Assembly (NCBI GenBank): GCA_049314455.1
Contig: JBMOFC010000003.1
Coordinates: 6,971-70,970 of the forward strand
DNA length: 64,000 nt
Direction: 5' to 3'
Source: Chthoniobacterales bacterium
GTDB lineage: Bacteria > Verrucomicrobiota > Verrucomicrobiia > Chthoniobacterales > UBA6821
Shown: in pieces, positions 19,547 to 29,060 of the stretch
Layout of the letters: each line of letters opens with the position of its first letter
How positions within the stretch are numbered: the stretch's first letter is position 1
Notes under the pieces: model-generated
The model's database searches: none
Seen by the model: the letters and a program-made list of their open reading frames with translations, nothing else
What the model was told of the DNA's origin: nothing
Position numbers and translations under genes: made by a program

Positions 19547-20516
19547 GTTTTTGTGAGGAAGGGCGCAACCAGGGCCATTCTTGTAATCCCATAATACCAC
19601 GTGGACGGAAGATCATGAGAAGTACTAGTAAGAGGGGCATGATCACCATACGCCAGACCCCCAAAGGTTGTAGCAGCTGATAGAGGAGTGTAAAAACTCC
19701 TGCTCCTACGAGTGAACCTGAGAGAGAGGCAACACCGCCAAGATAGACCATCACAAGAATGTTGGTCGATTTTAGGATATCAAACGAACTGGGGTTGATG
19801 AATTGAATTTGTTGTGCAAAAAGTGCTCCAGCCACTCCTGCAAAAAAAGAGGAAATCACAAAAACCATCATTTTTGCAGAGCGTGTTGAGACGCCCATAG
19901 CCTCAGCTGCTATTTCATCTTCACGAACAGCTATGATACTGCGTCCCCATTTCGAGTAGATAAAATTGCGTAATATCCAAAAAGTAACCACAGCCCAAAA
20001 GTAAGCCCAAGGCAATGTGGTGAGTTGAGGAATCCCCAAAAATCCACGAGGGCCACCGACATAGGGAATATTTTCCAAGCCTGATTTCACGATCATTAAA
20101 AGGGCTAGTGTAATGACGGCAAGATAGTCACCACGGGTTTTAAAAGAAAGTAGTGCTAGCGGTATTCCCACAAGTGCAGCAACACAACCACCAGTGATAA
20201 TGGCCAACGGAAAAAGTAACAGGGGAGGAAGAGTGGGTACTATTTTAACAGTGATGATAGCAGAACTATAGGCCCCAAGAGCCATAAACGCAGCATGCCC
20301 AACAGAAAACTCTCCCATGTATCCATTCACAAGATTCAGGCTGACGCAGAGAATGGCATTAATAGCTAACGTAATGAGCACAAAAGTAACATAGCCATTA
20401 AAAAAGTGAGGGATGATGAAGGAGAGGGCTCCGCCAAGAATCAGGAGGATATGGAGGACCAGGCTATTACTAGGCAAGGTCAGTTGTCTTTTGTATTCAG
20501 TTCGTTCTTCCATCAA
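19536..20516 (-). CDS. livM: branched-chain amino-acid ABC transporter permease LivM
   Basis: Polytopic membrane protein with LivM-type conserved segments (GQLSxGHAAF-like: GEFSVGHAAFMALGAY). Confidence 0.85.
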   Translation of the reverse strand: MMEERTEYKRQLTLPSNSLVLHILLILGGALSFIIPHFFNGYVTFVLITLAINAILCVSLNLVNGYMGEFSVGHAAFMALGAYSSAIITVKIVPTLPPLLLFPLAIITGGCVAALVGIPLALLSFKTRGDYLAVITLALLMIVKSGLENIPYVGGPRGFLGIPQLTTLPWAYFWAVVTFWILRNFIYSKWGRSIIAVREDEIAAEAMGVSTRSAKMMVFVISSFFAGVAGALFAQQIQFINPSSFDILKSTNILVMVYLGGVASLSGSLVGAGVFTLLYQLLQPLGVWRMVIMPLLLVLLMIFRPRGIMGLQEWPWLRPSSQKHGS

Positions 20517-20735
20517 AAAAAGTAGAGTTTAGATTCAGCGCAGATTTAAATAGGTTGAAAAGTAGAAATTTGACGCAAGCTTCACTTTCATTGGGGCTAT
20601 AAAACAACAAACCATTATTAGATGAATTAGCGAACCAATTATTTTCTAATACCAGGCTAAATGCCGCTGAGAAACAGCTGACGACGGAATGTCCGAAGTT
20701 ACAAAGAATAAAGCAATCAAGATAATCGCCAACAA

Positions 20736-21215
20736 CTAAACTTTTAAAGAACGCACAGGTTCTTCTTCATCATCAACTGTTCCTTGTCTATTTTTTTGAT
20801 TTGGATTTTCTTTTTTCCCTTCAACTACCGGCACTTTTGCCATATCTGTATGATTTCTTTGTATTGTTCTGTCAGTGTTTGCAAATGCATCTTCGCTTAT
20901 ATCGATGCGATTAAGTGTATTTTTTTCAAGTTTTTTCTTATCCTTGCGATTTTCATCTTTATCTTCCTCTTTGCCTGCGTCATATTCAGCAACATAAAGG
21001 TTAAAATTATCATGTGGAGTGATGCTTCCGGATGTTGAAATGGGATCGCTTGTAGAGGGATCATCTACGATCAGAATTGGTTTATTTAAAGAGCTTATAA
21101 TGGAATTAGAGGTGTTTGGGGAATTAAAGGTATTTTGGACAGGATCGTTCTGTTTCGTGAGATCTTCTTGAGGTAAGTAAGCTGCTGAATCTTGGGTTGA
21201 GATTGTGTTAGACAT
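20736..21215 (-). CDS. orphan hypothetical protein, acidic/polar, predicted disordered
   Basis: 159-aa ORF co-directional with its neighbours. S/T/N/D-rich N-half and a K/E/D-rich C-half. No signal peptide or recognisable domain. Confidence 0.5.
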   Translation of the reverse strand: MSNTISTQDSAAYLPQEDLTKQNDPVQNTFNSPNTSNSIISSLNKPILIVDDPSTSDPISTSGSITPHDNFNLYVAEYDAGKEEDKDENRKDKKKLEKNTLNRIDISEDAFANTDRTIQRNHTDMAKVPVVEGKKENPNQKNRQGTVDDEEEPVRSLKV

Positions 21216-21285
21216 ATTGTTAGAAGTTTTTAGGTTAGAGCGCTATTTCTTTCTCGAGTGCATTTCAGATAAATATGTATTCATT

Positions 21286-22566
21286 TTATAGCTGAGTTAT
21301 TCCTCGGAAATTAGTTTGCTTTACAGTAAAGTCTAAATATTTACGACAGCAAGCCAAAGAAAATAAGGCGATGCACGCTATAAAGAGCACCCAAAGAAAG
21401 GGGGCAGTATATGGCATGTGTGTCCATTTTATCATCGATGTAACCACAGTAGGAGTTAGCCCTCCAAAAAACGCATTAGCCAAATTGTAAGATAAGGCAA
21501 CACCTGACAAGCGAATCTGTGGAGGAAAAAGATAACTTATTAAGATTGATGGCAAGCAAATGGGTAGTCCTGAAAATAAGGCGAATATTACTAATGTTAG
21601 GGTAAGATTATGTCCTTGAAAAAGCATGAAATAAAAAGCTGCTGAGCCCACGATCAGTAGGAGTGTGAAGTTTCTCATGAGCACGTAAGGAGAGAATCGA
21701 TGACTCAATAAGCCCATGGCATAGATCACTGGAACGTAAAGCACCGTGATGAAAAAAATGCTATTACTAGCGTGAGTCGGATTCAGTTTGAGAATATTAG
21801 TTAGATAGGTTGGCATAAAAATGACCCCTAAAACAATCAATGGTGCTGTCATTGATACCAATCCAAAGCCGATAAATACGTTACTCAAATGATTCCTCAG
21901 TAATTCACCTAGGGGGAAGGAAACACGTTTTTTGAGATTATTAAAAACAGCTGTTTCATGTAGTTTATTTCTGATTTGATAACCAAAAAAACACAAAAAG
22001 CTGCCCAAGATAAAGGGAATGCGCCATCCATAGTTATAAATTTGAGAATGTGTTAAATAATGGGTGATTAAAAAATTGATACTCATTCCTGGAATCAATC
22101 CTCCAACAGTACCAACAAGAAGTGCCCCGATGGCAATACCACGTTGTTTGGGGAGTGATTCTGCGATATAGACAATCATGCTTGGTAATTCTCCGCCTAT
22201 AGCCAAACCTTGAACTAATCTTAACAAGAGTATTAATGTAGGAGCCCAGAATCCAATAGAAGCGTAGGTGGGCAAGAGTCCTAATCCTAAAGAAGCAAAC
22301 CCCATGAGGAGCATGGTGACAACCATGACTGTTTTACGACCTATCTCATCTCCAATATGACTGAAGAGGATTCCTCCTAATGGGCGGACAATATAACCCA
22401 CGGAAAAAACAGCATAGCTAGAAATAATCGCTGTAAGATTGTTGTGACTCGGGAAAAATTGTTCTGCAAAATAAACAGAAAATAACCCGTAGATCGTAAA
22501 GTCGTAAAACTCTAACATTCCACCAACAGAGGATAAAAAAATAATCCTTTTTTCTTCTTTATTCAT
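21286..22566 (-). CDS. MFS transporter, metabolite:H+ symporter (MHS; ProP/KgtP-like) family
   Basis: GGMLEFYDFTIYG N-terminal MHS signature, GDEIGRKTV loop, 12 predicted TM segments. The start overlaps the livH stop as ATGA. Confidence 0.85.
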   Translation of the reverse strand: MNKEEKRIIFLSSVGGMLEFYDFTIYGLFSVYFAEQFFPSHNNLTAIISSYAVFSVGYIVRPLGGILFSHIGDEIGRKTVMVVTMLLMGFASLGLGLLPTYASIGFWAPTLILLLRLVQGLAIGGELPSMIVYIAESLPKQRGIAIGALLVGTVGGLIPGMSINFLITHYLTHSQIYNYGWRIPFILGSFLCFFGYQIRNKLHETAVFNNLKKRVSFPLGELLRNHLSNVFIGFGLVSMTAPLIVLGVIFMPTYLTNILKLNPTHASNSIFFITVLYVPVIYAMGLLSHRFSPYVLMRNFTLLLIVGSAAFYFMLFQGHNLTLTLVIFALFSGLPICLPSILISYLFPPQIRLSGVALSYNLANAFFGGLTPTVVTSMIKWTHMPYTAPFLWVLFIACIALFSLACCRKYLDFTVKQTNFRGITQL

Positions 22567-23438
22567 ACTTTCCGTAGAGGAGTTTTTCCTAAAAGTCCAT
22601 ACGGTTTGATAATTAAAATGAGCAGGAGCAGTGAATAGGCAATGAGGTCACGGTAGGTAGAAGGAAGGATCGTCACACTGATCACTTCCGTTGCTCCAAG
22701 AATAAAGGCTCCCAAGACTGCCCCCCGCATGTTTCCAATACCTCCAATCACCGCGGCCACAAAGGCTTTCCAACCAATTAGCATTCCCATCGAGGAAGAA
22801 ATAACGGGATAGGCTAAAGCATAAAGTAGTCCCGCGGCACCGCCCAGAGCTCCTCCCAGAGCGAAGGTGAGTGAGATGATTCTATTTGCTGGAATACCAA
22901 GGAGAGAAACCATTAGCTGATCGTAGGAAAGAGCACGAATAGCCATCCCAAAAGAAGTGAAACGAATAATAAAATCCAACAAGAGCATGAGGATGAGTGA
23001 AATTCCAATCACGACGATTTGAAGAGATGAAAGGGTGAGTCCATAAAAATGAAGAGTGCTATTTTGAAGCAATGTTGGCATATGCTTCGGATAGGGACTT
23101 AAGGCTAATACGACATTTTCAATAACGAGCCCACACCCAAGAGCGGTGATAATTGCAGAAACCCGAGGAGCAGTTCGAATAGGACGATATGCAAGGCGTT
23201 CGAGTAAAGAACCTAGAAAGGCTATGGCCAGCATGGTTACAAGAAGTGCAAGCCAAAAAGGAACAGGAATAATGGTTTCTAATAAAAAGCAAAAAAAAGC
23301 GCCCACCATGAAGAGATCACCATGAGCAAAATTGATCATGCTCAACACGCCATAAACCAAACTATAGCCCAAAGCAATCAGGGCATAGATCGAACCAAGT
23401 TGGATTGCATTGATCATCTGTTGAACAATGTAATCCAT
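22563..23438 (-). CDS. livH: branched-chain amino-acid ABC transporter permease LivH
   Basis: N-terminus QQMINAIQLGSIYALIALGYSLVYGVLSMINFAHGD is typical of LivH. Confidence 0.9.
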   Translation of the reverse strand: MDYIVQQMINAIQLGSIYALIALGYSLVYGVLSMINFAHGDLFMVGAFFCFLLETIIPVPFWLALLVTMLAIAFLGSLLERLAYRPIRTAPRVSAIITALGCGLVIENVVLALSPYPKHMPTLLQNSTLHFYGLTLSSLQIVVIGISLILMLLLDFIIRFTSFGMAIRALSYDQLMVSLLGIPANRIISLTFALGGALGGAAGLLYALAYPVISSSMGMLIGWKAFVAAVIGGIGNMRGAVLGAFILGATEVISVTILPSTYRDLIAYSLLLLILIIKPYGLLGKTPLRKV

Positions 23439-23445
23439 TTCTTAA

Positions 23446-24597
23446 TTACGGTTTCAGAGTCGTCACGTAGACGAACTTTCCATCTTTGATGGTGAGTATG
23501 ACAACGCTTTTTGCAGGATCATGACTTTCCTTGAGGTATTGAAAAATTCCTGTTACGCCAGAAAATGTTTTGATTCCCGCCATCGCATTGCGTATCGCGG
23601 TGCGGTCAAGAGAACCAGCTTTCGTGATTGATTCAGCAAGCAGTGACATCGTGTCATAAGTAAGTGCAGCAATATCATCAGGAAGCTGACCGTAGGTTGC
23701 TGTGTAAGCTTTAATAAAATTTTTGACTGTAGGAAGATCTGATTCTGTTGAAAAATGATTTGAAAAATAGGCATTTTCCAAATAATGGCCCGAGTCGAGT
23801 TTGACAATGTCTGGAGTGCTCCATGCGTTGTATCCTAAAAACTGTGCTGTGATTCCCAACCGCCGTGCTTGTTGAGCAATCAGTGGTACATCGTTGTAGT
23901 AAGCTGGAATAAAAAGGATATCAGGTGCTGTTGATTTGATTTTTGTTAGTTGAGCACTAAAATCACGATCTCCTGTGGTGTAGGTCTCCATAGCAACAAC
24001 CTTGCCTCCTGCCTTGATGAAGGCTTCTTGAAATCGGTGTGCAGCACTATTGGGCGATTCACTCGAGATATCGTAGAGAATTGCTGCTGTTGAGAGGTGA
24101 AGATGGTTGATTGCAAATTGAGCTAAAATGGGTGTCTCTTCATGTTCAGTGAAACAACTTCGAAAGACATTTTTCTTAAAAGAGCTATTACTATTACGTG
24201 TGGTTCGTGGATTGGTAGACCAAGGTGAAATCATGAGGCAACTGAGACTCTCTGCGATTTCGGAGGAGGGGACAGAACAGGAGCTCACATTCGGACCCAC
24301 CACGGCCACGACTCCATTTTGAGCAATGAGTCGCTGTGAGACGGCGACAGACTCATCTGGTTTAGAGCCATTATCACCAACAACAAGTTCTATCGGTATT
24401 TTTTTTCCTCCAACATCCAAGCCTCCTGCTTGGTTCACTTCACTTACAAATAACTTTGCCGCATTAACAGAAGATGCTCCTACAGCTGGCACTTCACCAG
24501 TGAGTTCTACATTAAGACCAATTTTAACGACGGGCTTCGTTGGCTGGCAGCTGCACAAAAAAAAACAAAAGAAAAAAACAAAAGACAAAACATTCAT
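23446..24597 (-). CDS. livK: branched-chain amino-acid ABC transporter substrate-binding lipoprotein (LivK/LivJ family)
   Basis: Lipobox (FFLCSC), then KIGLNVELTGEVPAVG and VAVVGP, typical of type I periplasmic binding proteins of the Liv family. Confidence 0.85.
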   Translation of the reverse strand: MNVLSFVFFFCFFLCSCQPTKPVVKIGLNVELTGEVPAVGASSVNAAKLFVSEVNQAGGLDVGGKKIPIELVVGDNGSKPDESVAVSQRLIAQNGVVAVVGPNVSSCSVPSSEIAESLSCLMISPWSTNPRTTRNSNSSFKKNVFRSCFTEHEETPILAQFAINHLHLSTAAILYDISSESPNSAAHRFQEAFIKAGGKVVAMETYTTGDRDFSAQLTKIKSTAPDILFIPAYYNDVPLIAQQARRLGITAQFLGYNAWSTPDIVKLDSGHYLENAYFSNHFSTESDLPTVKNFIKAYTATYGQLPDDIAALTYDTMSLLAESITKAGSLDRTAIRNAMAGIKTFSGVTGIFQYLKESHDPAKSVVILTIKDGKFVYVTTLKP

Positions 24598-24607
24598 AGG
24601 AGTAAAA

Positions 24608-25072
24608 CTAAAAACTCATCAAAAGTTCTTTTGATGAGGATTTTTTTTGCATTAGGCGTGACATGGAAGAGAGAATAGAATCGTTTTCTTTGTTATTGAG
24701 ATCGAAGGAAACGGGCTGCTCTTCACTTGGTTGAATGATCGGTGAAGAATAATAATGAATAGCTGAAAAATTTTCAGAGCAGAGCGGAGTTATTGTGGGG
24801 TCATTATTTTCTTGACTCGATTTATTGGTTTGAATAATGAGAAGGCTGCAAAAAAGAGCCAAAAAAGTCGCTCCGACATAGGCCATCCTAGGTATTTGAA
24901 GATCGGAAAAGAAAAAAACTAAATGCCTTTTGAGATCTTCAATGAATGAGCTAGAGGAGGGATGTAACTCCTGGCGACAATGGAATTCTGAAATAAATTC
25001 CTCCAGCATTTCGGCAGTGGGATGTTCATAGCTTTTGAGTTGAAGCAGGTGATGCATTTTTTGATCATCCAT
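24608..25072 (-). CDS. putative anti-sigma factor (single-pass membrane protein)
   Basis: Sits immediately downstream of the ECF sigma gene. One central TM segment (MAYVGATFLALFCSLLIIQ). The call is positional only. Confidence 0.4.
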   Translation of the reverse strand: MDDQKMHHLLQLKSYEHPTAEMLEEFISEFHCRQELHPSSSSFIEDLKRHLVFFFSDLQIPRMAYVGATFLALFCSLLIIQTNKSSQENNDPTITPLCSENFSAIHYYSSPIIQPSEEQPVSFDLNNKENDSILSSMSRLMQKKSSSKELLMSF

Positions 25073-25098
25073 AGTGGTTGCCTTCAGTTTTTTTAAAC

Positions 25099-25827
25099 CT
25101 ACTTTACAATAAACTCTTTTAAATAATTTTGCAACTGGCGGTGAGCATAAAAAAGTCGTGAGCGTACCGTTCCTTCGGTTGTTTTGAGAATCTTGGCGAT
25201 TTCTACTTGAGGGATTCCTTGAATATCAAAAAGAGTGACCACAGCGCGATGTTGTGCTGAAAGCTGTAGCATGGCTTTAGTCAGTTTTTTTTGAAGCTCT
25301 TGATTATTCATTAAGGCTGCTGGATCTTTCGCTGCCTTGCTTTTTGTAGCCTCAATAAATTCAGGATCATTCTCAATAGGGTTATCGTCATCATCAATGC
25401 TTGTGTAATATTGCCGTTTTTGTTTTTTGATAAAATTTAATGTCATATTAACGGCAATCCGATAAATCCATGTGTAGAAACTCGATTTTCCATGGAAGTG
25501 CTGAATCGATCGATAAGCTTTTGAAAAAATATCCTGAAGAAGATCATTGGTATCTTCATGATTTGAAGTCATGTGATAAACAAGTCCGTAGAGACGAGAA
25601 TGGTATTTTCGAATGAGATTATCAAAAGCCTTGGAGTCACCACCTTGTGTTTTAGAAACAAGACAGTTATCATCAACGACAGTGTTGCTTTCTTTATCTA
25701 CTTCTTTTTGAGGCAAGACGACAAGTTTGTCTACGGCCGGCGTTGAAACGCGAAGGGAGTTAAAACAAATAGAACGCAAACAGGAAAACGAAGGCCTCGA
25801 TCCTATCGAGAAAGAAGAAACAGTCAT
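25099..25827 (-). CDS. ECF-type RNA polymerase sigma-70 family factor with about 60-aa N-terminal extension
   Basis: Region 2 (AFDNLIRKYHSRLYGLVYHMT..DLLQDIFSKAY..FYTWIYRIAVN) and region 4 (IPQVEIAKILKTTEGTVRSRLFYA). The true start is uncertain. Confidence 0.85.
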   Translation of the reverse strand: MTVSSFSIGSRPSFSCLRSICFNSLRVSTPAVDKLVVLPQKEVDKESNTVVDDNCLVSKTQGGDSKAFDNLIRKYHSRLYGLVYHMTSNHEDTNDLLQDIFSKAYRSIQHFHGKSSFYTWIYRIAVNMTLNFIKKQKRQYYTSIDDDDNPIENDPEFIEATKSKAAKDPAALMNNQELQKKLTKAMLQLSAQHRAVVTLFDIQGIPQVEIAKILKTTEGTVRSRLFYAHRQLQNYLKEFIVK

Positions 25828-25985
25828 AAAGAGGAGCTTTATTACTATCAGAGAAGTTCCTTTTTGGGAAATGATATAGTGTATTAAATTGAGAAAGGGG
25901 CTTCTACCGCGCTATTATTGATCTAATACACCACTATATATAGACAAAAGCTTCACAAAATCACAACAGTAGCTATCTTTTGAGA

Positions 25986-27074
25986 ATGTTTGAGACTCTT
26001 GCAAAATTTTTAATTCGTGCACTTCTGCTGCTCGTTCTTTTTATCTTTCTCTTCACCGTTGGCATTAATACTTATCTTGCGCTCTCTGGAATCAAAGAGC
26101 AGGTCGTTTTGAAGGCTCAGGAAGCCCTTGGAAAAAAGCTCTACGTGGGATTTGTTTATTTTCTTCCTTGGTCAGGTCTTCACATAGAAAACATCACTAT
26201 TACTAATCCAACTGATCCTTTCATCGTACGTATTTCTTCGATTTCTTTTGGGACTTTAAGCATTTTACACGTATGCAAAAATAGCGAGGATTGGAAAGGG
26301 GAGCTTCGAGTAAAAAAAATCCTTGTGAATAATCGTCCCATTTTGAAAAAAATTGTAGCAGGAGTAAGTAGGAAAAATGATATTTTTTCCATCGATCCCT
26401 TGATCGCAAAATTTTTTGGGGGAACACTACAAGGATCTTTTCTCTTTCAAAAAAATGATCGCCTCTTTTTTCCGCATCAAGGAAGTTTCTCTTTTTTAAA
26501 TATACCATTTAAGGAGTCACTTTCAGAAACAGCTTTTCAAAAACACGTAAGTACTGGCCTTGTTCAGGGGAGTGTTCGTTTTACAGGGATGGCTGGGAAG
26601 CCTGAATCGCTGCAGGGTTCTGGCACTGTCGAACTTTTGGGTGCAGAATTAAAAACAGCCGACTTTTTTGGAACTTTGAGTCGTCTTTTTCCGATGGAAG
26701 AACTACAGCTTTTGAAGCTCTATGAAGCTAAAGCCAGTTATTCATTCTCCTTGGATACCCTTCGTATTGATTCAGCATATTTGAAATCAGATAATATGGC
26801 GCTTGATGCTCATGGGACTGTTTCCTCCAAAGGAGCGGTGGCTCTCGACGCTCAGCTAGTGCTTCGTGGAAAATTAGCAAATTATATGGCGAATGTTCTT
26901 CCTGTTAATATTTCTTCTCTGATAGCTCAACGTGGCTATTGTGAAATTCCCTTTAAAATTTATGGCTCCATGGCACATCTCCAAACTAATTTTTCAGAGA
27001 AAATTTTCACGCAACAAATACCAAACAACGTTAACGGAGTTTTACAGCAGTTGCTTAATAAGGCATTAAAGTGA
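25986..27074 (+). CDS. AsmA-like membrane-anchored protein
   Basis: N-terminal TM anchor, then a beta-rich region with an AsmA C-terminal-like segment (LQGSGTVELLGAELKTADFFGTL). Confidence 0.5.
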   Translation: MFETLAKFLIRALLLLVLFIFLFTVGINTYLALSGIKEQVVLKAQEALGKKLYVGFVYFLPWSGLHIENITITNPTDPFIVRISSISFGTLSILHVCKNSEDWKGELRVKKILVNNRPILKKIVAGVSRKNDIFSIDPLIAKFFGGTLQGSFLFQKNDRLFFPHQGSFSFLNIPFKESLSETAFQKHVSTGLVQGSVRFTGMAGKPESLQGSGTVELLGAELKTADFFGTLSRLFPMEELQLLKLYEAKASYSFSLDTLRIDSAYLKSDNMALDAHGTVSSKGAVALDAQLVLRGKLANYMANVLPVNISSLIAQRGYCEIPFKIYGSMAHLQTNFSEKIFTQQIPNNVNGVLQQLLNKALK

Positions 27075-27117
27075 ATTTTTCTTTAGCATGTAGTCTCTAG
27101 TCTGTAGCCTGCTTCGC

Positions 27118-27675
27118 ATGCGTATCATTGCAGGATCAGCAAAAGGAATTCTTCTGAAAAAGCCAGCATCTCTTGTGCGGCCAACAATGGATCGAGTCCG
27201 TGCTGCCATTTTTTCGATTCTTGGAGAACGTCTCCCTCATGCTACGGTCCTTGATCTTTTTTCTGGAACAGGAGCTATGGGAATGGAGGCACTGAGCCGT
27301 GGAGCAGCTAATGCCACCTTGGTTGATAATAACACCCAATCTATTGAGGCCATTAAAAAAAACCTCGTGGCAACACGACTTCATGCTCAGGTCCAACAGA
27401 TGGATGCGCTTGCTTATCTCAAACGTATTGCGGGAGCTTTTACTTTTGATCTTATTTTTGCAGATCCTCCTTATGCTGATCAGGAGGGAAATAATTTGGC
27501 TGCATCATTGCTCACATCTCCCTTTCTTCTAAGTGCTATGGCTCCAGAGAGTCTTCTTATATTGGAGTGTGAGCGGAGACAGTTGTTACCAGAGCGATCT
27601 GAATTAGAAATAATTGTTGATCGTACTTATGGAATCACACGGATCGTCGTTATGCGAAAAGTTGAGGCTTGTTAA
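27118..27675 (+). CDS. rsmD: 16S rRNA (guanine966-N2)-methyltransferase RsmD
   Basis: MRIIAGSAKG..RPT.DRVR, LDLFSGTGAMGMEALSRGA, FADPPY. Confidence 0.9.
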   Translation: MRIIAGSAKGILLKKPASLVRPTMDRVRAAIFSILGERLPHATVLDLFSGTGAMGMEALSRGAANATLVDNNTQSIEAIKKNLVATRLHAQVQQMDALAYLKRIAGAFTFDLIFADPPYADQEGNNLAASLLTSPFLLSAMAPESLLILECERRQLLPERSELEIIVDRTYGITRIVVMRKVEAC

Positions 27676-27687
27676 TATTTTATTTTC

Positions 27688-29031
27688 ATGAAGCAACATT
27701 GTAAATCTGCACCACGAGTTAAAATAACGACCTTAGTCCTTGTTTTTTTATACAACTTTTTTTTTCCGCTCATTTTCATATTGATGTTGCCAGGTTATCT
27801 ACCACGAATGTTTCGTCGTGGTGGGTATCATGATTCTTTTTTTCAAAGATTCGGGATTTTTGATCACAAAACAGAGGAGCGCATCGGACGTCAACGCCTT
27901 TGGGTACATGCGGTGAGTGTGGGGGAAGTTTTCATTGCCTTGAAATTCATTCGCAATTTCCACGAACGTCATCCTGAGATTCGCTTTCTTCTTTCTGTAA
28001 CTACCACAACGGGGCTTGAGATAGCACGTGGAGAAGCTAGTGACTGGTTAGAGCCCATTGCCAATCCACTGGATTTCTTTTTTATCATCAATCCAGTGCT
28101 AGATCACTTTCAACCATCTGCCCTTATCATGGTGGAGGGAGATCTCTGGATTCAACGATTGTGGCATTGCAGAAAAAAAGGCATTCCTACGGCCATTATT
28201 TCTGCGCGTCTTTCTCCACGCTCAGAAGAGCGATTTAGAAAGTTTCGTAGCATCATTGCTCCTGTTTTTAATCTTCTCGATTTCATCGGCTTTCCTTCCA
28301 AGGGCGATCAAGAGCGGTGGCATCGACTTGGTATCTACGCTCAACATTCTTCCGTGACTGGCAATATCAAATTTGATCAAGTTGCAGCTGCGCGTGTGAT
28401 GCCACCTCACGATCGTGCAGAAATTTTTTCTCAACTCCGGTGGAACCCTCAAGATCCTCTGTTACTTGCGGGAAGCACTGCGGACATCGGTGAGGAAGAA
28501 GAAGTCTTGAAAGCCTGGTTGTTACTACGTTCAGAGTTCAAGAGTCTTCGACTTGTCATCGTTCCACGACATGTAGAACGACGTCATGAAACGAGTGCTC
28601 TTTTTCAAAAATATAATATTCAGCTAACGCTTCGTTCTTCTAATTCGCTCACACCTGCAGATGCTCTGCTCTTAGATACGACTGGCGAGCTAAAATCATG
28701 GTATAGCTTGGCAACAATTGTTTTTATTGGAAAGAGCCTGGGAACGGGTTCCGCGCGTGGTGGACAAAATTTAGTAGAGCCCCTGCTGCTAGGGCGTCCT
28801 GTTTTGGTAGGTCCTTTCATGGAAAATTTCGAACCATTGACTTCCCGTCTTCTTCGTGCTCACGGAATCATGCTTGTTCACCATGGAAAAGAAATCGCAG
28901 CGACGACAAAACAATTGCTACTCTATCCAGAAGAAGCTGCCAAAATGGTTGCACGTGCTTGCAAGCTTTTAGAAGGTGACCAAGGTGCCACAGAGAGGAC
29001 ATGCTATTGTATTGAAACATTGCTTTCTTGA
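27688..29031 (+). CDS. waaA: 3-deoxy-D-manno-octulosonic acid (Kdo) transferase
   Basis: LWVHAVSVGEV motif. A GT-B C-terminal half with the GGQNLVEP-type motif. Confidence 0.9.
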   Translation: MKQHCKSAPRVKITTLVLVFLYNFFFPLIFILMLPGYLPRMFRRGGYHDSFFQRFGIFDHKTEERIGRQRLWVHAVSVGEVFIALKFIRNFHERHPEIRFLLSVTTTTGLEIARGEASDWLEPIANPLDFFFIINPVLDHFQPSALIMVEGDLWIQRLWHCRKKGIPTAIISARLSPRSEERFRKFRSIIAPVFNLLDFIGFPSKGDQERWHRLGIYAQHSSVTGNIKFDQVAAARVMPPHDRAEIFSQLRWNPQDPLLLAGSTADIGEEEEVLKAWLLLRSEFKSLRLVIVPRHVERRHETSALFQKYNIQLTLRSSNSLTPADALLLDTTGELKSWYSLATIVFIGKSLGTGSARGGQNLVEPLLLGRPVLVGPFMENFEPLTSRLLRAHGIMLVHHGKEIAATTKQLLLYPEEAAKMVARACKLLEGDQGATERTCYCIETLLS

Positions 29032-29060
29032 TGCTATACCTTTTGCATAGTCAAGCTGTT

